This document shows positions 55,622 through 64,000 of a DNA stretch of 64,000 nt, in pieces. The notes beneath the pieces are model-generated. The model saw only the letters and a program-made list of their open reading frames with translations. It made no database searches and was not told the DNA's origin. The stretch's first letter is position 1. The number at the start of each line of letters is the position of its first letter. Source of the DNA: a virus; the IMG/VR virus record IMGVR_UViG_3300009157_000001, positions 62,635 through 126,634 of that record; one strand, 5' to 3'. Both the position numbers and the translations under genes were made by a program.

Positions 55622-56347
55622 ATGAATTTCACAGCAAAATTAACAGTAAATTTCACATCCAACTATATAGGTATACACAGAATATGCTGGAGGATAGGCA
55701 GTTCTGGTCCTTATGACTGTTCTAATACAGTTAGCTGTTCCGGAGGAGGAGATCCTTGCTCTGATGAGGTTCTTATACCTGTAGAAAGTGATGACTGTTC
55801 ACCTATAACAATTGAAGGATATGTACAAGCCGGCTGTGAGGATCCAGACTCAGAAGGAGGAAGAATTCCATTTACTGTAGAATTTACACCATGGGAAGAT
55901 TGTGAAAGATATACAGTAGAATGTACTGATGAACCTTGTGTGGAGATAACCCCAACAGATTGTGCAGGAACTACTGGTGTTGTTATAGCAGAGGGATTCT
56001 TTGCTCTTACTGATACTATAAAGATGTGTGCCAGCGGAGGTCCTCCTTCTATTCCTGTAGGATATAGTGTATCACTGGATAGTCCATCGACCTGTGTTTG
56101 TGATTGTTCATGCTATGAACTATCCGTAACACAAGAAGAAGGAGAAGATGCCTCCATACTTTTATATTATACATCTTGCTGTGGAGATTTTGGTAGTGCT
56201 GTAATTATACCAGGAAGTCCTTTTAGAGGATGTATAGTTACAGGATCTAATGTATGGAAATTAACGGGAGCAGGAAGTACATCAGAGAATATCACAACAC
56301 CATGCTCAGAAGCATCACCAACATGTGAATCACCATCTTGTGAATAG
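55622..56347 (+). CDS. Cys-rich acidic structural protein
   Basis: 241-aa ORF with many Cys. Confidence 0.7.
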   Translation: MNFTAKLTVNFTSNYIGIHRICWRIGSSGPYDCSNTVSCSGGGDPCSDEVLIPVESDDCSPITIEGYVQAGCEDPDSEGGRIPFTVEFTPWEDCERYTVECTDEPCVEITPTDCAGTTGVVIAEGFFALTDTIKMCASGGPPSIPVGYSVSLDSPSTCVCDCSCYELSVTQEEGEDASILLYYTSCCGDFGSAVIIPGSPFRGCIVTGSNVWKLTGAGSTSENITTPCSEASPTCESPSCE

Positions 56348-56382
56348 TAAGTCATGATTTGTTGGTTAAACATGGCTGACGT

Positions 56383-56419
56383 GTGGGCCCTGGGGTAAAA
56401 GCCAGGGTTCACTTTATTT
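56383..56419 (+). terminator. Probable terminator
   Basis: GTGGGCCCTGG-loop-CCAGGGTTCAC-TTTATTT. Confidence 0.6.
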
Positions 56420-56436
56420 AATGAACTAAGAAAATA

Positions 56437-57024
56437 ATGAGGACTTATAAAAAGCCAGATCTAAATGCACCAAGATTCGCAAAGAAACTCTTACGTATAA
56501 TATCACCAGAGTTTATAGAGAGGTTTAGGAAGAAGTATCCTCAGTACTCTAAGATTAAGGATACAGAGCTGGCTGCCAAGATGAAGACTATTATGAATAG
56601 CCTGGGAGATAAAATGTGGATGCATACAGCAAATAATAGGGATGGAGTAGAACTCCCTGAAGCCTTAGGTTATGTATTCTTAGGCAGTTACAAAGGAAAG
56701 ATTGGAGATAGACCAACCTCTGCAGAGCTTGGAGTGTTAGTATCTCATAAAAACTGGCACTCGGATAATCTCTGTATGAAGATATTCTACTCAAACTTCT
56801 CAAATAGATATAGATTTCTTAATAGAGAAGCTTGGATGTTTTTACCAGCAAGAAAGTTCTCAAGAAATGCATCTGCTATATATAAGAAAGATCCATTTAA
56901 GTATCTAAGGCATAGTGATATAAGGAACCTTTCTAAGTTGTTTAGAAAGGATAAGTTTATAGACAAAATGAATATGAAGGAGGCATTTACTCTGGATAAT
57001 TATGATGAATTTGATATGACATGA
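56437..57024 (+). CDS. IHF/HU-like basic protein of the tail module
   Basis: GVELPEALGYVFL and F.PARKFSR; position before the tail ring genes. Confidence 0.65.
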   Translation: MRTYKKPDLNAPRFAKKLLRIISPEFIERFRKKYPQYSKIKDTELAAKMKTIMNSLGDKMWMHTANNRDGVELPEALGYVFLGSYKGKIGDRPTSAELGVLVSHKNWHSDNLCMKIFYSNFSNRYRFLNREAWMFLPARKFSRNASAIYKKDPFKYLRHSDIRNLSKLFRKDKFIDKMNMKEAFTLDNYDEFDMT

Positions 57025-57683
57025 ACACTATAGGTAAGGCAACATCCAGGATGAGAAACATTGTTAAGGCAGTGAAGGAAGACCCTTTCCTTACTGACAG
57101 AACTTTGTATAGTCTTATTCTTAAGTATGCCAAGCTTTATATTCACAGAGAAGACAACAAGAATAAAATACTTAAAATGAGTTCTCTATTTACAAGGCTT
57201 CCTTGTACAGAACTTGTTGAAGTTGATAGAATAGAAGCTTGTTGTGGCATAGCTTCTGGGTGTACCTTTATGAGAACCAAGAACAAGCTCCCAGACATAA
57301 TAGATGGACCTTGGGGTCCGATGTTCCGGAGTATTACTTCTATTGATGGATCAGTAGAACTCTATGTAACAGAACCAGGGACTTATTTATCAATGACCAA
57401 GACAACTACTTTTAAGTATAACAAGAGTAAATACTACTGGTTCTTGAATGGTTATCTATATTTCCCCAATATAGAATGGGAGGCTGTGGCAATTGAGGCC
57501 CTATTTATAGGAGATACTGAATGTTTTGTATGTGATCAGAAGTGTCTTCCCAGACAAGAACAAGCTTTTTATGTACCAGATTTCTTATTTGCAGAAATTG
57601 AAGAGATGGTCAAGAAAGACCTTGGTTTTGGTATGCAAGTACCTCCTGATCAAAGTGATGATAAACAAAACTCGCTTCGTTGA
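57021..57683 (+). CDS. Tail ring/tubular protein candidate
   Basis: RTKNKLP, YYWFLNGYLYF; synteny. Confidence 0.65.
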   Translation: MNTIGKATSRMRNIVKAVKEDPFLTDRTLYSLILKYAKLYIHREDNKNKILKMSSLFTRLPCTELVEVDRIEACCGIASGCTFMRTKNKLPDIIDGPWGPMFRSITSIDGSVELYVTEPGTYLSMTKTTTFKYNKSKYYWFLNGYLYFPNIEWEAVAIEALFIGDTECFVCDQKCLPRQEQAFYVPDFLFAEIEEMVKKDLGFGMQVPPDQSDDKQNSLR

Positions 57684-58651
57684 TGTTAAACTACTCACTT
57701 AGATATAGAACCTTTAATCAACTACTTGAGGATGTATCGGTAGACTTCAGGAATTATGCCCTGGAGAATATGATAGAACCTCAACAGTTAATCAAGGTGG
57801 CCCGGAGAGTAAACTATGATCTTGGTCTTAGAATTTCTATGACTAAGCAAAAGGTACTTGAAATAGAGAAGAGAAGAGTTAAGCTTCCGGATGATTTCTA
57901 TATCTTAAATTTTGCTCTTGTATGTGGAGAATGGACAGTAAGTAGACCGGCAATTCAAGGAAGACAGATTGAGGAAAAAGCCTGTGATTTAAGTTCACTA
58001 GATCCTTTAGGAACTTCTTCTTTACCTTGTTCTCCAACTGTAGACAACTGTACAACTCACGTCATTCCTTGTGATCCTTGTGCAGATCCTCCTACAAGTT
58101 GTGATCCTTGTACCAAAACTATAAGTTGTTCTCTAAACAAGTGTGGAGAAGAAATACAATTAGTGCAGATCCTTAAAACTGAAACCAGAACTGTTAGTGC
58201 ATTCTTTCCACTTAAGATAAGAAGTTCTCAAGATGTGGACTGTGATTGTCCTAATGTAGGATGGACTTGTACGGACGAGGCTTGGATAAAAGATGGTTTC
58301 TTATTTACCAACTTTGATTGTGGTAATATATATATATCTTATCAAGGAATGATGGAAGATGATGAAGGAAATCTAGTAGTACCTGATCATGAGCTTCTCA
58401 ATGATTACTACGAGTATGCATTTAAAGAAAGAATTCTAGAAAATCTATGGATGGGAGGGGAAGATGTAGTTCAGAAGATGAGTTACATAGCCCAGAAGCT
58501 AAAGGCAGCAAGAAATCAGGCACTTGGTATGGTAAATATGCCAAACTTTGAGGAGATGAGAAAAGTCTTTAATATTAACAGAAAGGTTCAATATGCCCGA
58601 TATTATGATATGTTCAGGTCTTATCCCCCTATAAACTCATGTTGGTGTTAA
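57683..58651 (+). CDS. Tail tubular/ring protein with Cys-rich insertion
   Basis: VKLPDDF, FTNFDCGNIYISYQG..D.EGN.VVPD; directly upstream of the muzzle. Confidence 0.7.
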   Translation: MLNYSLRYRTFNQLLEDVSVDFRNYALENMIEPQQLIKVARRVNYDLGLRISMTKQKVLEIEKRRVKLPDDFYILNFALVCGEWTVSRPAIQGRQIEEKACDLSSLDPLGTSSLPCSPTVDNCTTHVIPCDPCADPPTSCDPCTKTISCSLNKCGEEIQLVQILKTETRTVSAFFPLKIRSSQDVDCDCPNVGWTCTDEAWIKDGFLFTNFDCGNIYISYQGMMEDDEGNLVVPDHELLNDYYEYAFKERILENLWMGGEDVVQKMSYIAQKLKAARNQALGMVNMPNFEEMRKVFNINRKVQYARYYDMFRSYPPINSCWC

Positions 58652-58652
58652 C

Positions 58653-61600
58653 ATGGCAGACAAGATCCAAAACACCTCCAACAGTGTTACCAGAAGGTTC
58701 ACCAAAGGACTCTTCCGGGATATTGAGGATTCTCTCCTTACAGACGGGGTATGGACACATGCCAGAAATGCCATAAATAATTCTAAGACCGGTGATCTGG
58801 GATCTCTCGGCAATGAACCTTCTAATACCCTTTGTGCTTCTTCTCCAATACCTCTTGTTATAATTGGGGTAATTCATCTGGATGGTACTCGTTGGGCAAT
58901 ATTCTCCACGAATGATACCACTTCAGAGATAGGCCTTTTTGATGAGGGAGCTTGTACTTATGTTCAGGTTGCTGATGATTCTATCGGCGGCTGTCTCAAC
59001 TTTAAAAAGTCTAATCCTATAATAGGAGTTTCTAGAGAGAATGAAGACTGCACCTGGCAAATTTATTGGGATGATGGACTGAACCCATCCCGGACTATGA
59101 ATTTTGACAAGCCTCCTTTTGTAGAGACTTGTGTCACAGTAAACAATTGTATTACATGTACACCAAATCCTCCTGAAGTAGATTGTGATAAGTTAAGACT
59201 TGCAAGACTTACAAAAACTCCTTGTCTTAGAGTAGAAAAGGGCCCGGCTGGAGGAACCCTGAGAAATGGATCATACTATGCAGTTATTGCCTATACAATA
59301 AAGAAGATCCGGGTTACAGACTATTCAGTCCCTTCTAACATACAGTCTTTATTTGACCATGATAATGTAGCAGGGTCTCTTGATATTCATATAGACGACG
59401 TTGATAAAGAGAATTATGACGAGTTTGAGTTAGTTATAGTAGCCACTGTCAATCAACAGACTGTTGCTAAAAGACTTGGAGTTTATAATGTCAGACAATC
59501 AGTAATTTCCCTGGATCAAATCAAAGAAGATCTTCCTTCAATACCTATCGAACTCATTCCTCTCAGAACCCCTTTATATGACAAGTCAGATGCTATGTTT
59601 GAGGTTGGAGAGTACCTGGTAAGAACCGGTCCAGCAACCAAGCTTGATTTTAATTACCAACCTCTTGCTAATCAAATAGTCACTAAGTGGGCTTCTGTAC
59701 AGTATCCTTCAGATTATTATGCTAAAGGAGGGTCTCAGACAAGTTATCTAAGAGATGAAGTGTATTCTTTTTTTATAAGATGGCTTTATGATACCGGAGA
59801 CAAGTCACCCTCTTATCATATTCCTGGAAGAGCTCCCAATGCCATTGATATACAGACAGTCGCCGGTGCTGATGCTCTCATTGAGATTAATGAAGGAATT
59901 ACCCCATTTAGATGGAGGGTATATAATACAGCAACAGTTACTTCTCTTGTTTCCTCCACTCTTCCTGATGGAGGGGTTCAGGTAGCAGAAGGATTGATGG
60001 GTTACTGGGAATCAACAGAGCTATACCCTGACGATAAAATTCAGATATGGGGAAATCTCTGTGGACAACCTATAAGACATCACAGATTTCCTGATAATGG
60101 ACTGCATCCAAACACCCATCATATAAATCCCGGGGCTACTAGTATAAGAGTGATGGGAGTTAAGTTTGAGAATGTCCAGATCCCTTTAGACAATCTGGGA
60201 AATCCTATCCTTAATATTGTAGGATATGAGATACTTAGGGGATCCAGAGAAGGAAACAAGTCAGTTATTGCCAAGGGTATAATTAATAATATGGGACAGT
60301 ATGCCATTGAAGGAGGTATCACTCCAAGACAAGGATACTATCCCAACTACCCATATAATGATTTAAGACCTGATCCTTTTTTATCTACTACAGAAACCCA
60401 AGGAGGATGTAATCCAGGAACTGAGAACTTTACTCCTCAAGCTTCTTTTTCTAGAGATAGGTTCACTTTTCATTCTCCCGATACTCAGTTTAAGAATCCT
60501 TTCTTATCTGCTAAAGAAATTAAGGTATATGGAGAACTTAATGGAGTTGTGCAGGGACAATTTACCCCTCCGGATAAGCATCCTAAACACAAACTTATAA
60601 CCAATCTTGCATTTCTCGCAGCTTTTATAGGAGGGATAGGAGTAGCAATGCTTGCTTCTAATGGCAGAAGGACAATAAGGAGATCTGGACCAAGGCCTCT
60701 AAATGAAGGAGGATCTGGAGCTTTTGCAGGTCCTGCTGGTATAGGATCTTGGGCTGCACCAGGGGTGCCCTTTACAGGAATATCTGAGTTGGGAATATCC
60801 GGAGTTGCATTCAATGGAGCATACCACGGAGTTTTGGGAGGACTTGATGCAGCTTGGTATAAGTCAGGAATTGGGGTTTTAGGAGCAGCTGCAGGTACAG
60901 GACCGGACCTTGCTTATTATACCCCTTTACAGGCTGCTGGTATCCCGGGTTCTGGAATACCTGGTATGCTAGGATACATAACTGATATTGATCAACAAGA
61001 AACTGGTCTTACAGCAACTCCCACAATACTTCGTGTATTCAATGCTCTTCCTACTTTTTCTTACTATTTAGGAGAAGGAACTGATTCTATCCTTAGAATT
61101 ATAAGAAACCTGGTACCCTATAGGCAGTATGCTCTTCAGTATACCTCTCAGTGCCTATATGATAGTTTTCAGATTCCTCAGGCAAATAACCAGAGAAGAA
61201 CTATAAATGATGCCATTTACATTACTCCTAGTATTCAGGATTTTGGAGGATCTGATAGAATAAACAATCTTTACAGAAGTAAGTCAGTCGCACTACAGAC
61301 CTCTATAACTTTTGCAGATCCTCTTACCCAAGATATAACCAGGCAGAGAGTTGGAGATAATCCAGGAGGGGTGACTCATGTGAGTCCTCTCTTACCTTTT
61401 GCTACTATTTCCAGTTGTCATTACTCTGCCTTAAAGCAGAGGATAAGAAATCAATATGGTCAACTGGACGGGATACAACAGGTACCTGTATCAGTATGTC
61501 CGACTACAGTTTCTCCTTTGATATCCCCAGTATCTGCAACAGGAGTTCTCTTTAATGGAGATACTTATGTAACCAGATATACAGAAAAGAATAGTTTCTT

Positions 61601-63512
61601 TTTCTTCTATGATTGGCTTTATGATCAACCTGATGGTTTTGAGTTCAGTTATCAGGAGAGAAAAATGCTTCCTTTCCCAAGATACTGGATGGATACTACT
61701 CAGTTTGATTTTAATGACTTTACCTCTGCTATACTAAGTAATCTGCTTACTCCGGCAAACTGGGACAACTCCCTGCCGAATAATAGGTTTAGACTTGATA
61801 GAACCGGACCTTGTTTTGCTATAAGGTTTTCCCAGAAAGAGGCTTATATGTATCTTTTTTCTTCAGGAGTAAGAGACTTCTATGTAGAATCTGAGATCAA
61901 CACTGATCTAAGAGATTGGGGAGAAGACATAGAGCAAAGGCATTATGATCCTTATAGATTCACTGATACTCTTGCTTTATTTAATGCTAAGCCTGCTACT
62001 ATAAAATCAGGGAACTATTTCAAGTATGATATATCCTTAAGTGTATCCAGGTTATTTAACAATTTCATATCCTGGGCAAATATTCAGGATAGGGATTATG
62101 ATCCATTGGTTGCTCAGACTTGTTTCAGTTATTATCCAGATAGGGTTATATATTCTCTTCCTCAACAGACTGAACTCAGAAAAGACAATTGGAGAATGTT
62201 CCTTGCTAATAATTATAAGGACTTTAAAAGTAGAGTTACTGCTATAAAACCTATAAATAAAAGTGGAGCTCTTATTCTGTTTCAGAATGAAGCCCCTGTT
62301 CAGTTTCAAGGATTAGATCAACTTCAGACAGATCTGGGTACCAAACTTACCATAGGAGATGGAGGACTCTTCAGTCAACCTCTCCAGAATATTCTTAATG
62401 CAGACCGGCCTTATGAGTATGGTTCTTGTCAGAACAGACTCAGTGTAATTAATACCCCAATGGGGGCATTCTGGATGAGTCAGAATCAAGGTAAGATATT
62501 CCAGATTGGTCAAGGAATTCAGGAGATCTCTGCAGAAGGCCTTAAGTGGTGGTTTGCTGAGTATCTTCCCTATAAAATTCTTGAGAGTTTCCCAAATTTT
62601 GAATTAAAAGATAACACTATAATTGGAGTAGGTTGTCAGGCTATTTATGACAATGAGGATGGTATTGTATATTTTACTAAAAGAGACTTCAAGCTCATAC
62701 CAAATCTTCCTGTAGTAGTTACTTATGTAAGTAAGGATGACTTTTTGGTTAATGGATCCCTTCCTATAAAATTAGGAGATCCTCTATATTTCGAGGATGC
62801 TAGTTGGACTGTAAGTTATGATCCTAAGATGAAGATATGGCTTTCTTATCATGACTGGCATCCAAATTTACTTATGCCATCTAAGACTCACTTCCTAAGT
62901 GTATTGAGTTCAGGTATATGGAGACATAACAATGTTTGCAACAGTTATTGTAATTTCTATGGAATAGATTATCCTTTTGAGGTAGAGTTCTATGCTCCTA
63001 CAGAACCCACAGTATTTACTACAAGGAGCATAGAATATGTCTTGGAATGTTATAGATACTCTCAGAACTGTTTTGATGGGTTTCATGTTCTTGACTTCAA
63101 CTTTGACGAGGCTATTGTCTTTAATACAGAGCAAGTATCTGGGATTCTGAGACTTAACTTAAGTCCTAAGAATAATCCAGCTCAGACAGTAACTTTTCCT
63201 AATATACAGGCAGGTTTCATTAATATCCTATATTCTAAAGAAGAGAATAAGTATAGATTTAATCAGTTCTGGGATATCACAGATGATCGGGGGGAGTTTA
63301 ATCTGGCAGCACAGAGAGCAATCTGGAACACTTCTTCTAATGGTTACGTAAAAACACTGAATCCCAATAACCTGAACTATAATAAACCTCTTCTACAAAG
63401 GAAGAAATTCCGGCACTACTTAGTAGCATTTTTTCTTAGGAGAAGAGTGAGCGGATCAACAAAAATGTTGTTTAAGGTTAGCACAGTAAAACAATTATTA
63501 TCACCAAGATGA
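58653..63512 (+). CDS. Tail stabilization/muzzle protein
   Basis: 1619 aa; F.KG..D..ARNA, YWDDGLNP.R, YLRDEVYSF, GDTYVTR, WTVSYD..W.SYHDW.P; synteny. Confidence 0.8.
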   Translation: MADKIQNTSNSVTRRFTKGLFRDIEDSLLTDGVWTHARNAINNSKTGDLGSLGNEPSNTLCASSPIPLVIIGVIHLDGTRWAIFSTNDTTSEIGLFDEGACTYVQVADDSIGGCLNFKKSNPIIGVSRENEDCTWQIYWDDGLNPSRTMNFDKPPFVETCVTVNNCITCTPNPPEVDCDKLRLARLTKTPCLRVEKGPAGGTLRNGSYYAVIAYTIKKIRVTDYSVPSNIQSLFDHDNVAGSLDIHIDDVDKENYDEFELVIVATVNQQTVAKRLGVYNVRQSVISLDQIKEDLPSIPIELIPLRTPLYDKSDAMFEVGEYLVRTGPATKLDFNYQPLANQIVTKWASVQYPSDYYAKGGSQTSYLRDEVYSFFIRWLYDTGDKSPSYHIPGRAPNAIDIQTVAGADALIEINEGITPFRWRVYNTATVTSLVSSTLPDGGVQVAEGLMGYWESTELYPDDKIQIWGNLCGQPIRHHRFPDNGLHPNTHHINPGATSIRVMGVKFENVQIPLDNLGNPILNIVGYEILRGSREGNKSVIAKGIINNMGQYAIEGGITPRQGYYPNYPYNDLRPDPFLSTTETQGGCNPGTENFTPQASFSRDRFTFHSPDTQFKNPFLSAKEIKVYGELNGVVQGQFTPPDKHPKHKLITNLAFLAAFIGGIGVAMLASNGRRTIRRSGPRPLNEGGSGAFAGPAGIGSWAAPGVPFTGISELGISGVAFNGAYHGVLGGLDAAWYKSGIGVLGAAAGTGPDLAYYTPLQAAGIPGSGIPGMLGYITDIDQQETGLTATPTILRVFNALPTFSYYLGEGTDSILRIIRNLVPYRQYALQYTSQCLYDSFQIPQANNQRRTINDAIYITPSIQDFGGSDRINNLYRSKSVALQTSITFADPLTQDITRQRVGDNPGGVTHVSPLLPFATISSCHYSALKQRIRNQYGQLDGIQQVPVSVCPTTVSPLISPVSATGVLFNGDTYVTRYTEKNSFFFFYDWLYDQPDGFEFSYQERKMLPFPRYWMDTTQFDFNDFTSAILSNLLTPANWDNSLPNNRFRLDRTGPCFAIRFSQKEAYMYLFSSGVRDFYVESEINTDLRDWGEDIEQRHYDPYRFTDTLALFNAKPATIKSGNYFKYDISLSVSRLFNNFISWANIQDRDYDPLVAQTCFSYYPDRVIYSLPQQTELRKDNWRMFLANNYKDFKSRVTAIKPINKSGALILFQNEAPVQFQGLDQLQTDLGTKLTIGDGGLFSQPLQNILNADRPYEYGSCQNRLSVINTPMGAFWMSQNQGKIFQIGQGIQEISAEGLKWWFAEYLPYKILESFPNFELKDNTIIGVGCQAIYDNEDGIVYFTKRDFKLIPNLPVVVTYVSKDDFLVNGSLPIKLGDPLYFEDASWTVSYDPKMKIWLSYHDWHPNLLMPSKTHFLSVLSSGIWRHNNVCNSYCNFYGIDYPFEVEFYAPTEPTVFTTRSIEYVLECYRYSQNCFDGFHVLDFNFDEAIVFNTEQVSGILRLNLSPKNNPAQTVTFPNIQAGFINILYSKEENKYRFNQFWDITDDRGEFNLAAQRAIWNTSSNGYVKTLNPNNLNYNKPLLQRKKFRHYLVAFFLRRRVSGSTKMLFKVSTVKQLLSPR

Positions 63513-64000
63513 GCAAAGGATTTATAGGAGTAGATTTATACCTAGCAAAAGGAGGGCCAGTACCTACTGGTGCTATTACCAATCCTAAATTATACAGGAA
63601 GGTAGTAAGCAAAGCCAAGAAGAAGTTTAAGGTCTATCCTAGTATTTTTACCAAGGCCTGGATTGATTCTGAGTACAGGAAAAGAGGAGGGAACTATAAT
63701 TATAGTTTTAATTACAGGTACAAAACTGGTGGAAATTCTCCAGAATTTACTAACTTTGAAAAAACTATTGACATGAAAGGTTATCATCTTATGTCTAATG
63801 GCTCATTAATGCCTAATGCACAAATGGCCTATCCTTTTGAGACTCCAGAGTATAACTCTGGGGGAACTCCTTGTTATGAATGTGGAGGTATGTATAAGAA
63901 ATCCAGACTGGCCCATGGAGGTGCATATGAACCAGGATCTACAGAATATGCAAAACCTACACCAGCTCAGAAGAGATCTTATCCCATGTATGCAAAAAGA
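63509..64000 (+). CDS. Partial cargo-like virion protein with repeated xxxGG motifs
   Basis: Manual translation MSKGFIGVDLYLAKGG... open for 164 codons to the window end. Confidence 0.75.
   Translation, partial: MSKGFIGVDLYLAKGGPVPTGAITNPKLYRKVVSKAKKKFKVYPSIFTKAWIDSEYRKRGGNYNYSFNYRYKTGGNSPEFTNFEKTIDMKGYHLMSNGSLMPNAQMAYPFETPEYNSGGTPCYECGGMYKKSRLAHGGAYEPGSTEYAKPTPAQKRSYPMYAKR

Overview
A 64-kb segment of a large, AT-rich, crAss-like (Crassvirales-related) podophage genome, most likely infecting Bacteroidota (TTTG-N19/20-TAnnTTTG promoters, no Shine-Dalgarno leaders). It reads normally in the standard genetic code. Two arms diverge at about 27.9-28.15 kb, next to a G-tract cluster. The right arm (+, 28.2-64 kb) is a lysis/packaging/virion module: amidase, HU/IHF-like proteins, PD-(D/E)XK nuclease, TerL, portal, scaffold-like protein, major capsid protein, fibres, tail ring proteins, muzzle, the start of a cargo-like protein and three free-standing homing endonucleases. 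The left arm (-, 1-27.9 kb) is a dense accessory region and holds the unusual content. It has 13 paralogous small proteins sharing an N-terminal [DE]P[LI][ED]xxP[VI]FGx[DE] motif (clusters of 7+3+3), and 8 tandem otherwise divergent proteins all ending in an E-x-Y-x-I-(F) tag. It also has two tandem non-canonical tRNA-like RNAs, several arrays of closed structured RNA domains, a 209-aa catalytic-core-only HisRS-like protein directly downstream of one array, an orphan DGR-like variable region and a glycan-modification cluster. All functional calls come from motif recognition and gene order; no database search or folding was run.
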